A DNA stretch of 64,000 bases from Octopus sinensis (Eukaryota), in assembly GCF_006345805.1 (NCBI RefSeq), contig NC_043014.1:43648001-43712000 (forward strand), read 5' to 3'. A model generated the notes under the pieces. The model saw only the letters and a program-made list of their open reading frames with translations, did no database searches and was not told the origin of the DNA. This document shows positions 1 through 13,312 of the stretch, one piece after another. Both the position numbers and the translations under genes were made by a program. Within the stretch, counting starts at the first letter, position 1; every line of letters starts with the position of its first letter.

Positions 1-608
1 TGTGTATATATATGTATATGTGTGTATATATGTGTGTGTGTGTGTATATATATATATATGTGTGTCTGTATGTGTATATATATATATATATATATATGTG
101 TCTGTGTATATATGTTTGTGTGTGTATGTTTATATATATATAGATATATATAATTGTGTTTTATTCTTTCACAGAAAACAATACAATAACACCTTTGTTT
201 CTATAAGGCTGTGGGGGAAAAACAAACACCTTTTGAATAGTCATTATACTTTCACCTGTTCTCCCCCCCCTCTCTCCCTCATTCTATTTTCCACTATGAC
301 CTCCACCTTTTTCCATTTCCTTTAAGCTGACTTTTTAAAATCTTTGTATCATTCTTATCATCTTTTCCCTACATTTTTTTAGTTATTTTTCTCTATATCC
401 TTTTCCCTCTCCATCACTAGATTGTCCCCTCTTTCATTCCATCTTTTTTTTTGTCTGTTCCTTTTCCTTTTCCTTTTCTTTGTCTCTTTCTCTCTGTCTC
501 TCTGTGTTATTCTCTTTTTTGCTTTCTCTATCTGTCTCCATCCATTCATCTCTCTTTCACAGTCTCCTTTATATATTTTGTTGTCTATTCCTCTCATTCG
601 TTATCCCA

Positions 609-653
<45 letters not shown>

Positions 654-1139
654 TCTCTCTCTCTCTTTCTCTCTCCCTCTCTTTTTCTCTCTCCCTATCT
701 CTCTCTTTCTCCCCCCTCTCTCTCTCTGTCTTTCTCTTTCTATTTGTCTTTCTGTGTCTGTCTCCATCCATTTATCTCTCTTTCACCAGCTCCTTTATTT
801 TGTTGTCTGTTCCTCCCATTCATTATCCCATTCTTTCTCTCTCTCTCTCTTCCTCTCCCCCTCTCTCCATCTCTCTCTCTGTCTTTCTCTTTCTATTTGT
901 CTTTCCGTACTTGTCTCCATCTATCCATCTCTACCTTTATGCCCATCTTTCTATCTCCATCTCCCCCAACTTCTCACTCATCCACAACACAGTAATTTTA
1001 TTCTGACATTTCAAGTGTATTTTGTTCACTTGTTGAAATTCTTGAGAACGTCTAACTTAAGCTGGCAATGAGCAGCAATTAGCTTGATGTGTTTTTAGTT
1101 CCTTGTCATTGTAACAGACAAGCACTTATTGTCAATTGG

Positions 1140-1860
1140 TCTCTAGAAATTTACTGGACGCACTTTTTACTTTCTTTTTCCATATTCATGTAAAGTAGCC
1201 ATCTGATATGAGGAGTGAAGGGAGGAGAAGTACAATTTAAGATGTTTTCTTAGAGAATTGCATCTCCATCCTACCCTTCCTCATTTTCCTCTCCTTCGGC
1301 AAGAATTGTAAGAGTATTTATTTCTTTACTGCCCACAAGGGGCTAAACACAGAGAGGACAAACAAGGACAGACAAACGGATTAAGTTGATTATTTCGACC
1401 CCAGTGCGTAACTGGTACTTGATTTATCGACCCCCGAAAGGATGAAAGGCAAAGTCGACCTCGGCGGAATTTGAACCCAGAATGTAACGGCAGACGAAAT
1501 TCTCTAGAAATTTACTGGACGCACTTTTTTCTTTCTTTTTCCATATTCATGTAAAGTAGCCATCTGATATGAGGAGTGAAGGGAGGAGAAGTACAATTTA
1601 AGATGTTTTCTTAGAGAATTGCATCTCCATCCTACCCTTCCTCATCTTCTTCCTTTGGCAAGAATTGTAAGAGTATTTATTTCTTTACTACCCACAAGGG
1701 GCTAAACACAGAGCGGACAAACAAGGACAGACAAACGGATTAGGTCGATTATTTTGACCCCAGTGCGTAACTGGTACTTAATTTATTGCCCGCCGAAAGG
1801 ATGAAAGGCAAAGTCGACCTCAGCGGAATTTGAACCCAGAACGTAACGGCAGACAAAATA
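1140..1860. repeat. Local tandem duplication, period 361 bp
   Basis: TCTCTAGAAATTTACTGGACGCAC at 1140 and 1501. The breakpoint lies inside SINE B at GACGAAAT. Confidence 0.9.
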
Positions 1861-1909
1861 CAGCTACGCATTTCGCCTGGCATGCTAACGGTTCTGCCAG
1901 CTCGCCGCC
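1678..1909 (-). mobile_element. SINE family B (tRNA-like head; core resembles the MetaSINE-type domain)
   Basis: GGCGGCGAGCTGGCAGAA head, GAGTTCAAATTCC B box, GACTTTGCCTTTCATCCTTTCGGGGTCGATAAATTAAGTACCAG core, 3' end GTAAAGAAATA. The superfamily name is from recall. Confidence 0.8.
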
Positions 1910-2465
1910 ATGTAAGAGTATTGCAGTATTTGTCCAGGCTCTTTATGTTCTGAGTTAGAATCCCTCTGAGGTCAATGTTGGCTTTCATCTTTTCACGGTT
2001 GCTAAAATAAAGTAGCAGTCCGACACTGGGATCAGTTTAATTGACTAACCTCTGATCCCTAAATTTTCGGGCTTTGTGTTTATGTCAGAGACAATTATTA
2101 TTACATTCCAAGTTGAAATGCTGCTGAGGTTAGCTTTGCCTTTCATCCTTTCAGGGTTGCTAAAATAAGTATTACTGGGGGGGGGGGTCGATGTAATAGT
2201 CTTACCCTGCCTCTCCAATAATTGCTGGCCTTGTGCCAAAAATTTGAAACCATTGCTATTATATTATTACTATTATTATTATTATTATCATCATCATAAT
2301 TATTATTATCATCATCATTATTAGGGCAGCAAGCTGGCACAATTGTCAAATTTGTCTTTCGTTCTTTTGGTGTTCATGAAATAAGTACCAGTTACACACT
2401 GGGGTCAATGTAATTGACCTCAAAATTTCAAGCCTTGTGCCTATAGTAGAAAGGATTATTATTAT

Positions 2466-3300
2466 TATCAAATCAAATCAAATCAAATCAAAACAAATCA
2501 AAATAGATGAACATCAATGGAATTTGTATCTTTGTGGTACCAGTGCTGATGGCACACAAGAAAACTATCCGAACGTGGCGGTAGCCAGTACCGCATCGAC
2601 TGGCCTCCGTGCTGTGGGCAAGTAACAAACACCATCCGATCGTGGCCGTTTCGCCAGCCTCATCTGGCACCTGTGTCGGTGGCACATAAAAACACCATCC
2701 GAAGACCCGGCAAGACTAGCCAGGCCATAACCCATGGCCCCTACCTGGGACGTAGTCAGTCCACCTGTGCATACCTTCCTTCTTGTGACACTTGTGAAGA
2801 CCTGTTGAGGCAAGTGAAAATCAAATCAAATCAAATCAAAATAGATGAACATCAATGGAATTTGTATCTTTGTGGCACACAAGAAAACCATCCGAACGTG
2901 GCCGTAGCCAGTACCGCATCGACTGGCCTCCGTGCTGCAGGCACGTAACAAACACCATCCGATCATGGCCGTTCGCCAGCCTCATCTGGCACCTGTGTCG
3001 GTGGCACATAAAAACACCATCCGAGCGTGGCCGTCTGCCAGCCTCGTCTGGCACCTGTGTCGGTGGCACATAAAAAACACCATCCGAGCGTGGCTGTTCG
3101 CCAGCCTCGTCTGGCACCTGTGTCGGTGGCACATAAAATCACCCACTACACTCTCGGAGTGGTTGGCGTTAAGAAGGGCATCCAGCTGTAGAAACACTGC
3201 CAGATCTGACTGGCCTGGTGCAGCCTTCGGGCTCCCCAGACCCCAGTTGAACCGTCCAACCCATGCTAGCATGGAAAACGGACGCTAAATGAATGATGAT
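2466..3300 (+). mobile_element. Composite retroelement-derived repeat with ~62-bp internal tandem units and (GAT)n tail
   Basis: AACACCATCCGAGCGTGGCC...GGTGGCACATAAA repeats, ending GGAAGGGCATCCAGCTGTAGAAAC...ACGCTAAATGAATGATGAT. Related copies at about 19960-20280 and 50775-51160. Confidence 0.75.
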
Positions 3301-3322
3301 GATGATCATGATTATTATTATT

Positions 3323-3873
3323 GAGTGTGAGAGCAGTGCGTGCCTTAAAGTGACAGTGGGGTAAAATATACAAAGCCCAGTGTACCCATCATGACTATCT
3401 CTAATGAGGGTACACCAGGCACATGCATGATAACCATATGTGTATGACATAGTGATCTCATCTCAAGGCAAACAGCACATAACCTTGCAGGTGGGGCCCA
3501 GTTACAATTTTTTTCAGGTCGAGTAGCCCATCCTGTTCAAAAGGTCCCTGAATAAGCGTTGTTTAAGGATGTTGAATGAAACACCCATGTTTTCCGAGAT
3601 GAATTATCCAAACCCTAAAGAATTCCTCTCAACACATGGCTATGATGCTCCCACACTACTTCTGCTCGTGATCAGAGATGCACATATCATCAGCCACTAG
3701 GGGACATGCTCAACTGGTTAAGATCAAACAACTAACAAAAAAATTCTGTGGTATTGAGCAGAATATTTGCTGTAGCCCATTTTTTATACCAAGACAAAAC
3801 AATGTACATGATAACACTTCCAATCAGTTAAGATCAGAAGCCATGGGAACCACTGCCTGGTATTGCATCCAGT
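3323..3873 (-). mobile_element. Longer (~550 bp) LINE-like 3' fragment with (TAA)n tail, possibly Dong/R4-like
   Basis: Its first ~105 bp match the array unit, and it is flanked by ATT tracts on both sides. The clade is inferred only from the TAA-microsatellite association. Confidence 0.6.
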
Positions 3874-3877
3874 AATT

Positions 3878-3909
<32 letters not shown>

Positions 3910-4005
3910 ATTAATTATTCATTATTACTTATTCGTTATTAAGAGTGATGGATTGACTAAACCCCTAGAGCATTTGAAGGAAATACCTTGTATTATTTTG
4001 TTTGG

Positions 4006-4382
4006 CTCTCTTTATCTGTTTCAATCATTTGACTGCGGCCATGCTGGAGCACCACCTTTAGTCGAGCAAATCGACCCGGTACTTATTCTTTGTAAGCCTA
4101 GTACTTATTCTACCAGTCTTTTTTGCTGAACCGCTAAGTTACGGGGACGTAAACACACCAGCATCGGGGACAAACACAGACACACAAACATATACATACA
4201 CATACATATATATATACATATATAAGACGGGCTTCTTTCAGTTTCTGTCTACCAAATCCACTCACAACGCTTTGGTCGACCCGAGGCTATAGTAGAAGAC
4301 ACTTGCTCAAGGTGCCACACAGTGGGAATGAACCCGGAACCATGTGGTTCGTAAGCAAGCTACTTACCACACAGCCACTCCT
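4006..4382 (-). mobile_element. SINE family A (tRNA-derived head, central TA/TG microsatellite, CAGTC-AAAT-GACTG tail)
   Basis: Matches other window copies: GGAGTGGCTGTGTGGTAAG head, GGTTCAGTCCC B box, GGCGGTGCTCCAGCATGGCCGCAGTCAAATGACTGAAAC tail. Confidence 0.9.
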
Positions 4383-5252
4383 GGTTCCTATCATTCTGAA
4401 GTCATCTTTGTCTTTAATCCTTCCAGACTCAATAAAATACCAGTCATGTACTGGCATTGATGGTTTTGATTTCCCAGCTCCTTAAAATTGCTGGCATTGT
4501 GCCTAAATTAGAAATAATTTTCGTTGTTGTTTTTGTTGATTTTGGCATTGACTAATTAATTAATTATTACTCGCACTCTGCTAGTTATGACAGTGAAGGT
4601 TCCAGTTGATCTAGTCAACGGGGCACTGCCTGTGAAATTAATGTGCAAGTGGATGAGTACCCCACAGACGGGGATACCCTTAATGTAGTTCTCAGGAGTT
4701 GCAAATGTAGCCTGAGAAATCTGGACACTTTTTTTTGTTATGCTCCATAGCATTAAAAAAAGGGCTAATTTATTATTCTTTGTTATTATTGGGGATTCTA
4801 ATTATTTATTTGTGAATATGCATAAGAACTTGCAGGTATGTGTACCTCAAGGAAATGATATCTTTGTGAGGTAAGAGTATTCGTGTTGGGTAGATCTGCT
4901 GAATTCCTTCCTCATTCCTGGATCCAGAAATATCTTGTGTGAACATTAAAAGCGTGAAATAAGTCTTAGAGCTTAAAGGATTAACACCACAGAGGTTGGA
5001 ATTTAAATACCATCTCTGGGTTTTATGAAAGGATTTACTTTTAACCTCGTTTTGCTACCGTTTCTGAGAATCTCTCTGACCAGCGTTATTTGTTTAGTCG
5101 AATTTCTATAAACAAAATACACACATTCACCAACAACTGTGACCTACACACATTTTCTGGTTATTTTCCCAAGAGATGTTCAACCTGTTTTTTTTTTTTT
5201 TGTTTTTTCTGTTTTTAAAAAAAAATTTTTTTTATTATCCTTGATGCCACAG

Positions 5253-5341
5253 CGTGTATCTCAGCATATAGTCATACAGTCATACAATGGCAGATCGGTG
5301 ACACTAATTGAAGGACCTGGAATGCGAACTATTAAAAGGTT
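5253..5341 (+). CDS. Candidate coding exon of an unidentified gene (RVSQHIVIQSYNGRSVTLIEGPGMRTIKR)
   Basis: T-rich tract plus CCACAG acceptor, GTAAGT donor, one open frame (phase 0 to 2), non-repetitive sequence. Confidence 0.5.
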
Positions 5342-5828
5342 GTAAGTCAATGGCGCTGGTGATGTTGACGGATCATCGCAATCGTTGTCACCTTCACCAC
5401 CCAGCCCCCCCACCCTCTCCAAACCGTTATCGCCACCACCAATGCTACTTCTTGCACCACCATTAGCAACACCAGACACCAATACCACCACCACCACCAC
5501 CACCACTACCACCTTCAATATTGAGGGTATGATATTCTGCAAGTTAATTTATTTGATAAACCAACTCCGTTAGTCAACTCTCTCGCACCCATCCAGAGCT
5601 TTAACCTTCACCAGCTCAAAGAGCAATAAGAAGTATCTTTGCAAAGGAATGTTTATTGACATTTTTAAGCAGATTGAAATAATCTATCCTGCCAAATACT
5701 TCCTATAAAAGGATTAACTGTTGTTTAGCCCTACCTAGATTAGCCTTGACCAAGCAGACTGATGACCTAAGGAGTTCAAACTCTGGTCAGCCTTTTTTGT
5801 TTTGGAGTATTCATTATTATTATTATTA

Positions 5829-5872
<44 letters not shown>

Positions 5873-5967
5873 GCCATCTGGTTCGCCAGACCTCAGTCAA
5901 ATTGTCCAACCCATGCTAGCATGGAAAGCGGATGTTAAACGGCGACGACTACTACTACTACTACGAC

Positions 5968-6003
<36 letters not shown>

Positions 6004-6569
6004 TACTATTACTATTATTATTATTATTTAGGTAGCATGTTGGCAAAATTTTTAGCGTGCCTGGCAAAATGCTTAGCAATATCTCATCTGTCTTTATGTT
6101 CCAAGTTCAATTTCTACTGAGGTCAACTTTGCCTTTCATCCTTTTGCTGGGTCAATAAAATAAGTACCAGTTGAACACTAGGGTTGATGTAATTGACCTA
6201 TCCCTGCCCCTCTTTCGTTCACAGAGGTGGCACTTCTGTGTGAGCAATGCATGTTTAAAACTGTATTACCCAATATATCCCTCCCCCTTTTCTTTTTTTT
6301 TTCAAGATGTTATAGAGTAATTTAAGGCAAATTTAGCTACTATTTCCACCAGATTGACCAGCCCTGTAAAGTGTTCCCTCATTATTTTGGGTACCTGGAT
6401 GTTATGGTTGTTATTCTTAAGTAGACTTTGGTCAACTCTTGGGAAGTATCCACCACCAACATGAAAATATATAAGGTCTGTCGTATCCATCTGGCCTATG
6501 TCTTTACATATAATCTATGTAATAATCTTGGCTATAGTAACTTTATTGGGGAGCTTACTATCTTGAGAT

Positions 6570-6796
6570 TTAACCCTTTAGTGTTCAGATTATTCTATCA
6601 AACATAATGCCTATTGATTCCCATTGATTTTAATTAATCATGCATTATCTCATATCTTCAAGATCTTGATGGTGCAATTACTTAATGTAGAATAACATTG
6701 TAGGGTAGGTGTGAGAGCCTGGATCTGGTCAGTTTGAACATAAAACAGATTAACTATTTTGGCCGGATATGGCCGGTTTAAATACTAAAGGGTTAA
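6570..6796. mobile_element. piggyBac-type MITE, family 2
   Basis: TTAA-CCCTTTAG...CTAAAGGG-TTAA. Related copies at 15094-15271 and 24876-25059. Confidence 0.85.
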
Positions 6797-7343
6797 AACA
6801 TAAAACATGCAAGCACCAATAAGAATTTGAATATGCAATAGTTTTGAAAAGTTCTAACAGGATTTTTGTGGGTTCTTTTTTGGGGGGGGGGGTTACTCTC
6901 AGTAATGATTCCCTGCAAGTACATGCTATCATCCTACACACAATTGTGGGCATGAATTCGCACACACACACACACACACACATTTCCCTTTGCTTGATTT
7001 TGAACATGAATTTTTGTTCTTCTTTGCTACATTTCAAATAGAGAGATTCAGCTCCTATGAAGTGGCAGCAAAGTTTTAATTAAGGATTGGTGGAACTTGT
7101 GCATTACAGAGAATATGTATGTGTGCATGGTATATGCGTGTGTCTATATTGTGTGTGTGTGTGTGTGTGTGTACGTATAAAAGCTTAAAATCCATTTTAG
7201 GGAAGTGTTTGTACACATCGTCATTGCCATTACTGATTTAGAAAGCGAAATAATGCAGCAGGGGCGAAGATTAAGGATTAAATATAAATAAGGATAAAGA
7301 TTATGCTTTTACCTTAATGCATTTAATAATGCAAATATTTCAG

Positions 7344-7508
7344 GTGAAAAATCTCCTTCTTCCAAAAATTGCAGAGAATGGAAGAAAATATGAAGGCTTG
7401 TTGTGGATTCATGCCTTCATGACAAAAGTGAGAGACCCACATGTTGTTCAGCGTTTAGAAAGTGGGTTTGTAAATTGCATGGCAAGGGGTAATAATTACT
7501 CAGATGAC
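7344..7508 (+). CDS. Candidate coding exon of an unidentified gene (VKNLLLPKIAENGRKYEGLLWIHAFMTKVRDPHVVQRLESGFVNCMARGNNYSDD)
   Basis: TTTCAG acceptor, GTAAGC donor, 165 nt = 55 codons, only phase 0 open, protein-like composition. Confidence 0.65.
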
Positions 7509-7568
7509 GTAAGCTCACAATCACATCTGCGATGCAGGTGTGGGTAGATGACCAGTATTTATAGATTA

Positions 7569-8039
7569 CTAGCAGTATCGCCCGGCGTTGCTCGGGTTTG
7601 TAAGGGAAATAACTATATAAGCATTTTTAGAAATGTAAAGTATAATAGCCATCTCAATATGTGTCTGTGTGTGTGTGTGTGTGTGGATTTGTGCATGTGA
7701 AACATGTAGAAGTAACCAAAAAACGACAAACGAATCAAAGCAAAACACAAAGGGGGGAGGGTGTTACTGTAGCTTTTTTACTTTCTGAGATATAATAAAT
7801 TTTTAGAGAGTTACTTCCCTTATATATGCCAAAAATGCATTAAAAATGGGAAAAATTGATGGTAAACTTTTTTAAAATCGTAGACTCATCATAGACGCGC
7901 GCTAATACCCAGAAGGGCTCGATATGAATCACGACTATAAGATACCCGGTTTTGGTTAAACTGCAACGCAAAATGTGGGAGTAGTTAGGAATCTAAATCG
8001 TAGGAGACAGACACACAACTTCACTTTTATATATAAAGA
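7569..8039 (-). mobile_element. Non-autonomous Helitron
   Basis: 5' TC (A|TCTTTATATATAAAA), 3' hairpin CCCG-AGCAACGC-CGGG followed by CTAG|T, no TSD. Confidence 0.85.
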
Positions 8040-8520
8040 TTGGTATTGTAGTGGTGATGTTGGTGGTGGTGGTGGTGGAAGTTTCTCCTTCTGTAGGCAT
8101 TTCTGTGAAGAAGTTTCTGAACGGACCGGCTTTCTATCCAGCTCTCTTCCTTACCGATAGTTATCAATTATGGTTGCCTCGATGGTGCAGTCGGTGGGTG
8201 CATCATACTTAGAGACAGTATCTTCACTGTTAAAAGACACACAGGAGGAATGCGGAGGAGACTGTGAGTTCAAACTACACCCAAGCACTGATATATTTTG
8301 AGTGGCAGCAAGGCTGGGTGGATAAAAAAGTTGCTTTGCAACCAACTGGTGCAACCTGTTGTTGAATGGTATTGGTGGATATGCACAAAGACACACATGC
8401 ACATGTTGTACATTTGTGTGCGTGTGTGTGTGTGTGTATGTAAAAGCAAAAATGCTATTTATAAAATCTTCTTAAAGATCAACACAGTAGTTGTACTGAC
8501 AAGTAATGTTCGTAGCCACT

Positions 8521-9480
8521 TTAACCCTTTCGTTTCCAACCCGGCTGAAACCGGTTCTGGCTCTCAGTATAAATGTCTTGTTTTCAAAAGTTCTGAATTA
8601 AAATCTTCCACCAAACCTTAGTCACAATTTATGTTCCTAACACTAACTTAATGATAACTAAGTTATTTTACTAAATCCTTTGTTATATTTAAAGTAATTG
8701 AAAGAAACACATAGCATCTCAAAATAAATACAGTAACAAAAGGGTTAACAAATGATAAATTTAACCCTTTCAATACCAACCCGGCTGAAACCAGCTCTGG
8801 CTCTGAGTACAAATGTCTTGTTTCCATAAGTTTTCAATTAAAATCTTCCATCAAACCTTAGTCACAATTTATGTTCCCTAACACTAGCTGAATGATAACT
8901 AAGCTATTTTACTAAATTCTTTGTTATATTTAAAGTAATTGAAAGAAACACAGAACATCTCAACAGAAATATGGTAACAAAAGGGTTAACAAATGATTAA
9001 TTTAACCCTTTTAATACCAACCCGGCTGAAACCAGCTCTGGCTCTGAGTACAAATGTCTTGTTTCCATAACTTTTCAATTAAAATCTTCCATCAAACCTT
9101 AGTCACAATTTATGTTCCCTAACACTAACTTAATGATAACTAAGTTATTTTACTAAATCCTTTGTTATATTTAAAGTAATTGAAAGAAACACAGAGCATC
9201 ACAAAATAAATACAGGAATGAAAGGGTTAAATATATAATAGAGAAACAATTCTTAATCCTTTTAATACCAACCCAGCTGAAACCACTTCTGGCTCTGAGT
9301 ACAAATGTCTTGTTTTCATAAGTTCTGAATTAAAATCTTCCACCAAACCTTAGTCACAATTTATGTTCCTAACACTAACTGAATGATAACTAAGTTATTT
9401 TACTAAATCCTTTGTTATATTTAAAGTAATTGAAAGAAACACAGAGCATCTCAAAATAAATACAGTAACGAAAGGGTTAA
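8521..9480 (+). mobile_element. Four same-orientation piggyBac-type MITEs (~228 bp)
   Basis: Each is bounded by TTAA-CCCTTT...AAAGGG-TTAA (the fourth starts TTAA-TCCTTT): 8521-8748, 8761-8989, 9002-9230, 9253-9480. Confidence 0.9.
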
Positions 9481-9554
9481 CATGTGGTTGTCCATTTGAA
9501 CTGACTCTACTCTGATTTCTAACCCTAATGTATGTGTGTGTGTGTGTGTATTCA

Positions 9555-9778
9555 TATGAGGGAGTTCTGAAAAGCACCTGAATTTAAGGGTATCCTGAAA
9601 GGCATGGTTGGAGGCCCAAACATTGGAGTTCTTTTACAGGGCTTAGAAAAACTGAAGGATTGCTGCTATAAGTGTGTGAATCTGAGAGGTGGGAAATATG
9701 CCGAATATAATCATAATTAACTGATCTTCCTGTATTTTCTTTTACCCAAAGCTAGGGACTTTTCAGTACCACCTTGTA
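9555..9778 (+). mobile_element. Mariner-derived MITE
   Basis: TA-flanked TIRs TGAGGGAGTTCTGAAAAG / CTTTTCAGTACCACCTTG. Internal GLEKLKDCCYKCVNLRG resembles a mariner transposase C-terminus. Confidence 0.75.
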
Positions 9779-9780
9779 AA

Positions 9781-9946
9781 GGTGCAGGGGTGGCTGTGTG
9801 GGAAGTAGCTTGCTAACCAACCACATGGTTCCGGGTTCAGTCCCACTGCGTGGCATCTTGGGCAAGTGTCTTCTGCTATAGCCCCGGGCCGACCAATGCC
9901 TTGTGAGTGGGATTTGGTAGATGGAAACTGAAAGAAGCCTGTCGTA

Positions 9947-9978
<32 letters not shown>

Positions 9979-10215
9979 AGTGTGTGTGTATATGTTTGTG
10001 TGTCTGTGTTTGTCCCCCTAGCATTGCTTGACAACCGATGCTGGTGTGTTTACGTCCCCGTCACTTAGCGGTTTGGCAAAAGAGACCGATAGACTAAGTA
10101 CTGGGCTTACAAAGAATAAGTCCTGGGGTCGATTTGCTCGACTAAAGGCGGTGCTCCAGCATGGCCGCAGTCAAATGACTGAAACAAGTAAAAAGAGTAA
10201 AAAGAGAGTAAAGAG
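9781..10215 (+). mobile_element. SINE family A, full length
   Basis: Head, B box, central microsatellite and GTAAAAGA tail are all present. Confidence 0.9.
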
Positions 10216-10421
10216 TATACACACACACACACACTGAACTTCCATATGATTGATTCTAGTTTCAGCTCAAGAGCTGTGGCCATGCTGGAGCACCGCCATC
10301 TATCAAGTTCATTCATAAAATGTTTTTTTTGTTTTGTTTTTTGTTTTAATTTCAATTCTGACCTAAGTAGGGTTTTAAATGATAGAATTTCAGTGAACGT
10401 TAATGTTTAGTCTTTCTTGGG

Positions 10422-10455
<34 letters not shown>

Positions 10456-11271
10456 GCATTATAAAAGTCCTGACAATTTAATATTATATGATGAAATCAC
10501 TCCCTTGAGATCTTTTGTTTGGGGGACAATATCTGGAAATTTTATTTACTGTCAAATTCATGAACAACACACTACTAAATTCTGACATGTTGTAAAAATA
10601 CAATGGAAGAGACTTGACCTATTAAAACTTTGAAAGAAAACCCATTATCCCCCTCCCCAACACACACACACACACACCAAAACCATTTTTGTATGAATAA
10701 TCCTCATATAATAGTCCTATACCATGACATATCAAACCTGTTATACCTAGGTATTTAGAGAGAGCGGGTGAGAGAGAGAGAGAGGTGAGATGCATGTTAA
10801 GCAATTTCTAGAAGAAATTTCAAGGTTTGCTGTTGTTGTTGTTGTTGTTTGTAGCTCTCACACCATTGTATTAGGAACCTGTGCTTACCCAGAATTCATC
10901 ACTTCAGAACAATCAGGTCTTTATTTTCTTTCCTGTAGCGATTTATTGAATGCCTTGTTACCCTAACTTACTTAATAGTGAGAAGGGAGTGAATACCCCG
11001 AGGAGGGAATGGTTACCCTCTCCCAGCTATTTTTCCTTTGGATTAACTACAAGCAGAGAGTTCAGTTCTGTAAGGTAAATTAAAGCAATCAGTAATTAAA
11101 AAAAAAAATTTATTGTTTTGTATATCACTTGTTTTCAGTCATTGGACTGTGGCCATGCTGAGGCCCTACCTTGAAAGAGCAACCTTCAGCACTATTTTTT
11201 TGTTATATCTGGTATTCTGTAAGTCTCTTTTTGCTGAGCTGCTAAGTTCCAGGGATGTAAGCAAACCAACA

Positions 11272-11946
11272 CTGGTTGTTTGTCCTCCCTGTGTTTAGCC
11301 CGTTGTGGGTAGTAAAGAAATAGGTATTTCGTCTGAGTTCAAATTCCGCCGAGGTGGACTTTGCCTTTCATCCTTCCGGGGTCGATAAATTAAGTACCAG
11401 TTATGCACTGGGGTTGATGTAATCGACTTAATCCGTTTGTCCTTGTTTGTCCTCCCTGTGTTTAGCCCGTTGTGGGTAGTAAAGAAATAGGTATTTTGTC
11501 CGAGTTCAAATTCCGCCGAGGTTGACTTTGCCTTTCATCCTTCCGGGGTCGATAAATTAAGTACCAGTTATGCTCTGGGGTTGATATAATCGACTTAATC
11601 CGTTTGTCTGTCCTTGTTTGTCCTCCTTGTGTTTAGCCCGTTGCGGGTAGTAAAGAAATAGGTATTTCGTCTGAGTTCAAATTCCGCCGAGGTCGACTTT
11701 GCCTTTCATCCTTTCGGGGTTGATAAATTAAGTGCCAGTTATGGACTGGGGTTGATGTAATCGACTTAATCCGTTTGTCTGTCCTTGTTTGTCCTCCCTG
11801 TGTTTAGCCCGTTGTGGGTAGTAAAGAAATAGGTATTTCGTCCGAGTTCAAATTCCGCCGAGGTGGACTTTGCCTTTCATCCTTTTGGGGTCGATAACTA
11901 AGTGCCAGTTACGCACTGGGGTTGATATAGTCGACTTAATCCGTTT
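11272..11946 (+). repeat. Head-to-tail multimer of 5'-truncated SINE B (period 167-171 bp)
   Basis: Junction GAAATAGGTATTT at 11317, 11484, 11655 and 11826. Confidence 0.9.
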
Positions 11947-12371
11947 AAAATGATATGTTATACACATACACTTAGACATGTACAGGCACACAGAGCAAAT
12001 TATGAGGTAAAATGAATAACTGAAGGATGATAAAAATGAAACGCAAAAAGAAAATGGAGCCAACCCAGCAGCAGAAATGAAACAGAATTTAATCCTGTAT
12101 TTTTTCACAGGTTCTATGCTAGTATATACATACACACATTATTACCTCGGCCTTAGTAAAGGCAGAGATATTGTTTTCAGTCGTGTTTGTTTGTCCATGG
12201 ACAAGATGTCTCAAGAACCACTGGATGGGTTCGGATGAAGCTTTATTATTAATTTTACTCGCGTCTCTATCTTAGGAGAAACTGATGGATAAAAAAATCA
12301 ATCTACATAAACAAACGGCAGCAAAAACCATTCAGAAATTAAATAACACTAACATATTTTTATGATATATA

Positions 12372-12741
12372 TCTTTATATATAAAAGTCAAGTTGTGTGT
12401 CTGTCTCCTACGATTTAGATTCCTAACTACTCCCACATTTTGCGGTGCAGTTTAACCAAAACCGGGTATCTTATAGTCGTGATTCATATCGAGCCCTTCT
12501 GGGAATTAGCATGAGTCTACGATTTAAAAAAAAATTTACCATCATTTTTTTCGCTATTATATAAGGGAAGTAACTCTCTAAAAATGTCTACAATGAGTCA
12601 ACGATTTAAAAAAAAAATTTGCCATAATTTTTTTTTCCATTTTTAATGCATTTTTTTGCTATTTTTTGGCTATAACTCTCTAAAGATGCTTATATAGTTA
12701 TTTCTCTTACAAACCTGAGCAACACCGGGCGATACTGCTAG
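12372..12741 (+). mobile_element. Non-autonomous Helitron (same family)
   Basis: A|TC start, subterminal hairpin, CTAG|T end. Confidence 0.85.
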
Positions 12742-13058
12742 TATTATATATTATACATACATATTAACACTTTACAGTATACTTACATATATAAATACAT
12801 CTATACATTGTTCTAAAACAACAGGAATACTAAAGGAAGGCTGGAATTTAAGAGAAGAGAAAACCAAAAGGTCTCATGCTATTCATTGAAAAATTCCTGA
12901 GTAGAACTTATTATAACCTCCGCCTTTGAAACTATTTTGAATAGTGAATTTGTTAACTTTGGCTTGTATTAGATAAGGATAAACTATTTATTACTGTTGC
13001 TAAATTCTCTACAGCCACCTTCACATTCCACGATGACCATTGGGGATTAGGACAAGGA

Positions 13059-13259
13059 TTACTCTTTACTCTTTTACTTGTTTCAGGCATTTGACTGCGG
13101 CCATGCTGGAGCACCGCCTTTAATCGAGCAACTCGACCCCGGCACTTATTCTTTGTAAGGCCTGTACTTACTTATTCTATCGGTCTGTTTTGCCAAACCG
13201 CTAAGTGACGGGGACATAAACACACCAGAATCGGTTGTCAAGCAATGCTAGGGGGACAA

Positions 13260-13312
<53 letters not shown>

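Noticed and set aside
2-1071. Long ORFs of 100-250 aa (also at 18422, 21057, 32950, 53083, 60149 and similar)
   Set aside because: They are translations of TA/TG/CT/ATT microsatellites with low-complexity products and are open on several frames.
6302-6490. Minus-strand ORF with IYFHVGGGY resembling the HGGG hydrolase motif
   Set aside because: The motif is imperfect, the splice signals are weak, and there are no other hydrolase motifs nearby.
8100-8240. Possible plus-strand exon after TTCTGTAG
   Set aside because: All frames reach a stop, there is no good donor, and the phase-0 frame needed after the 7508 donor closes at once.
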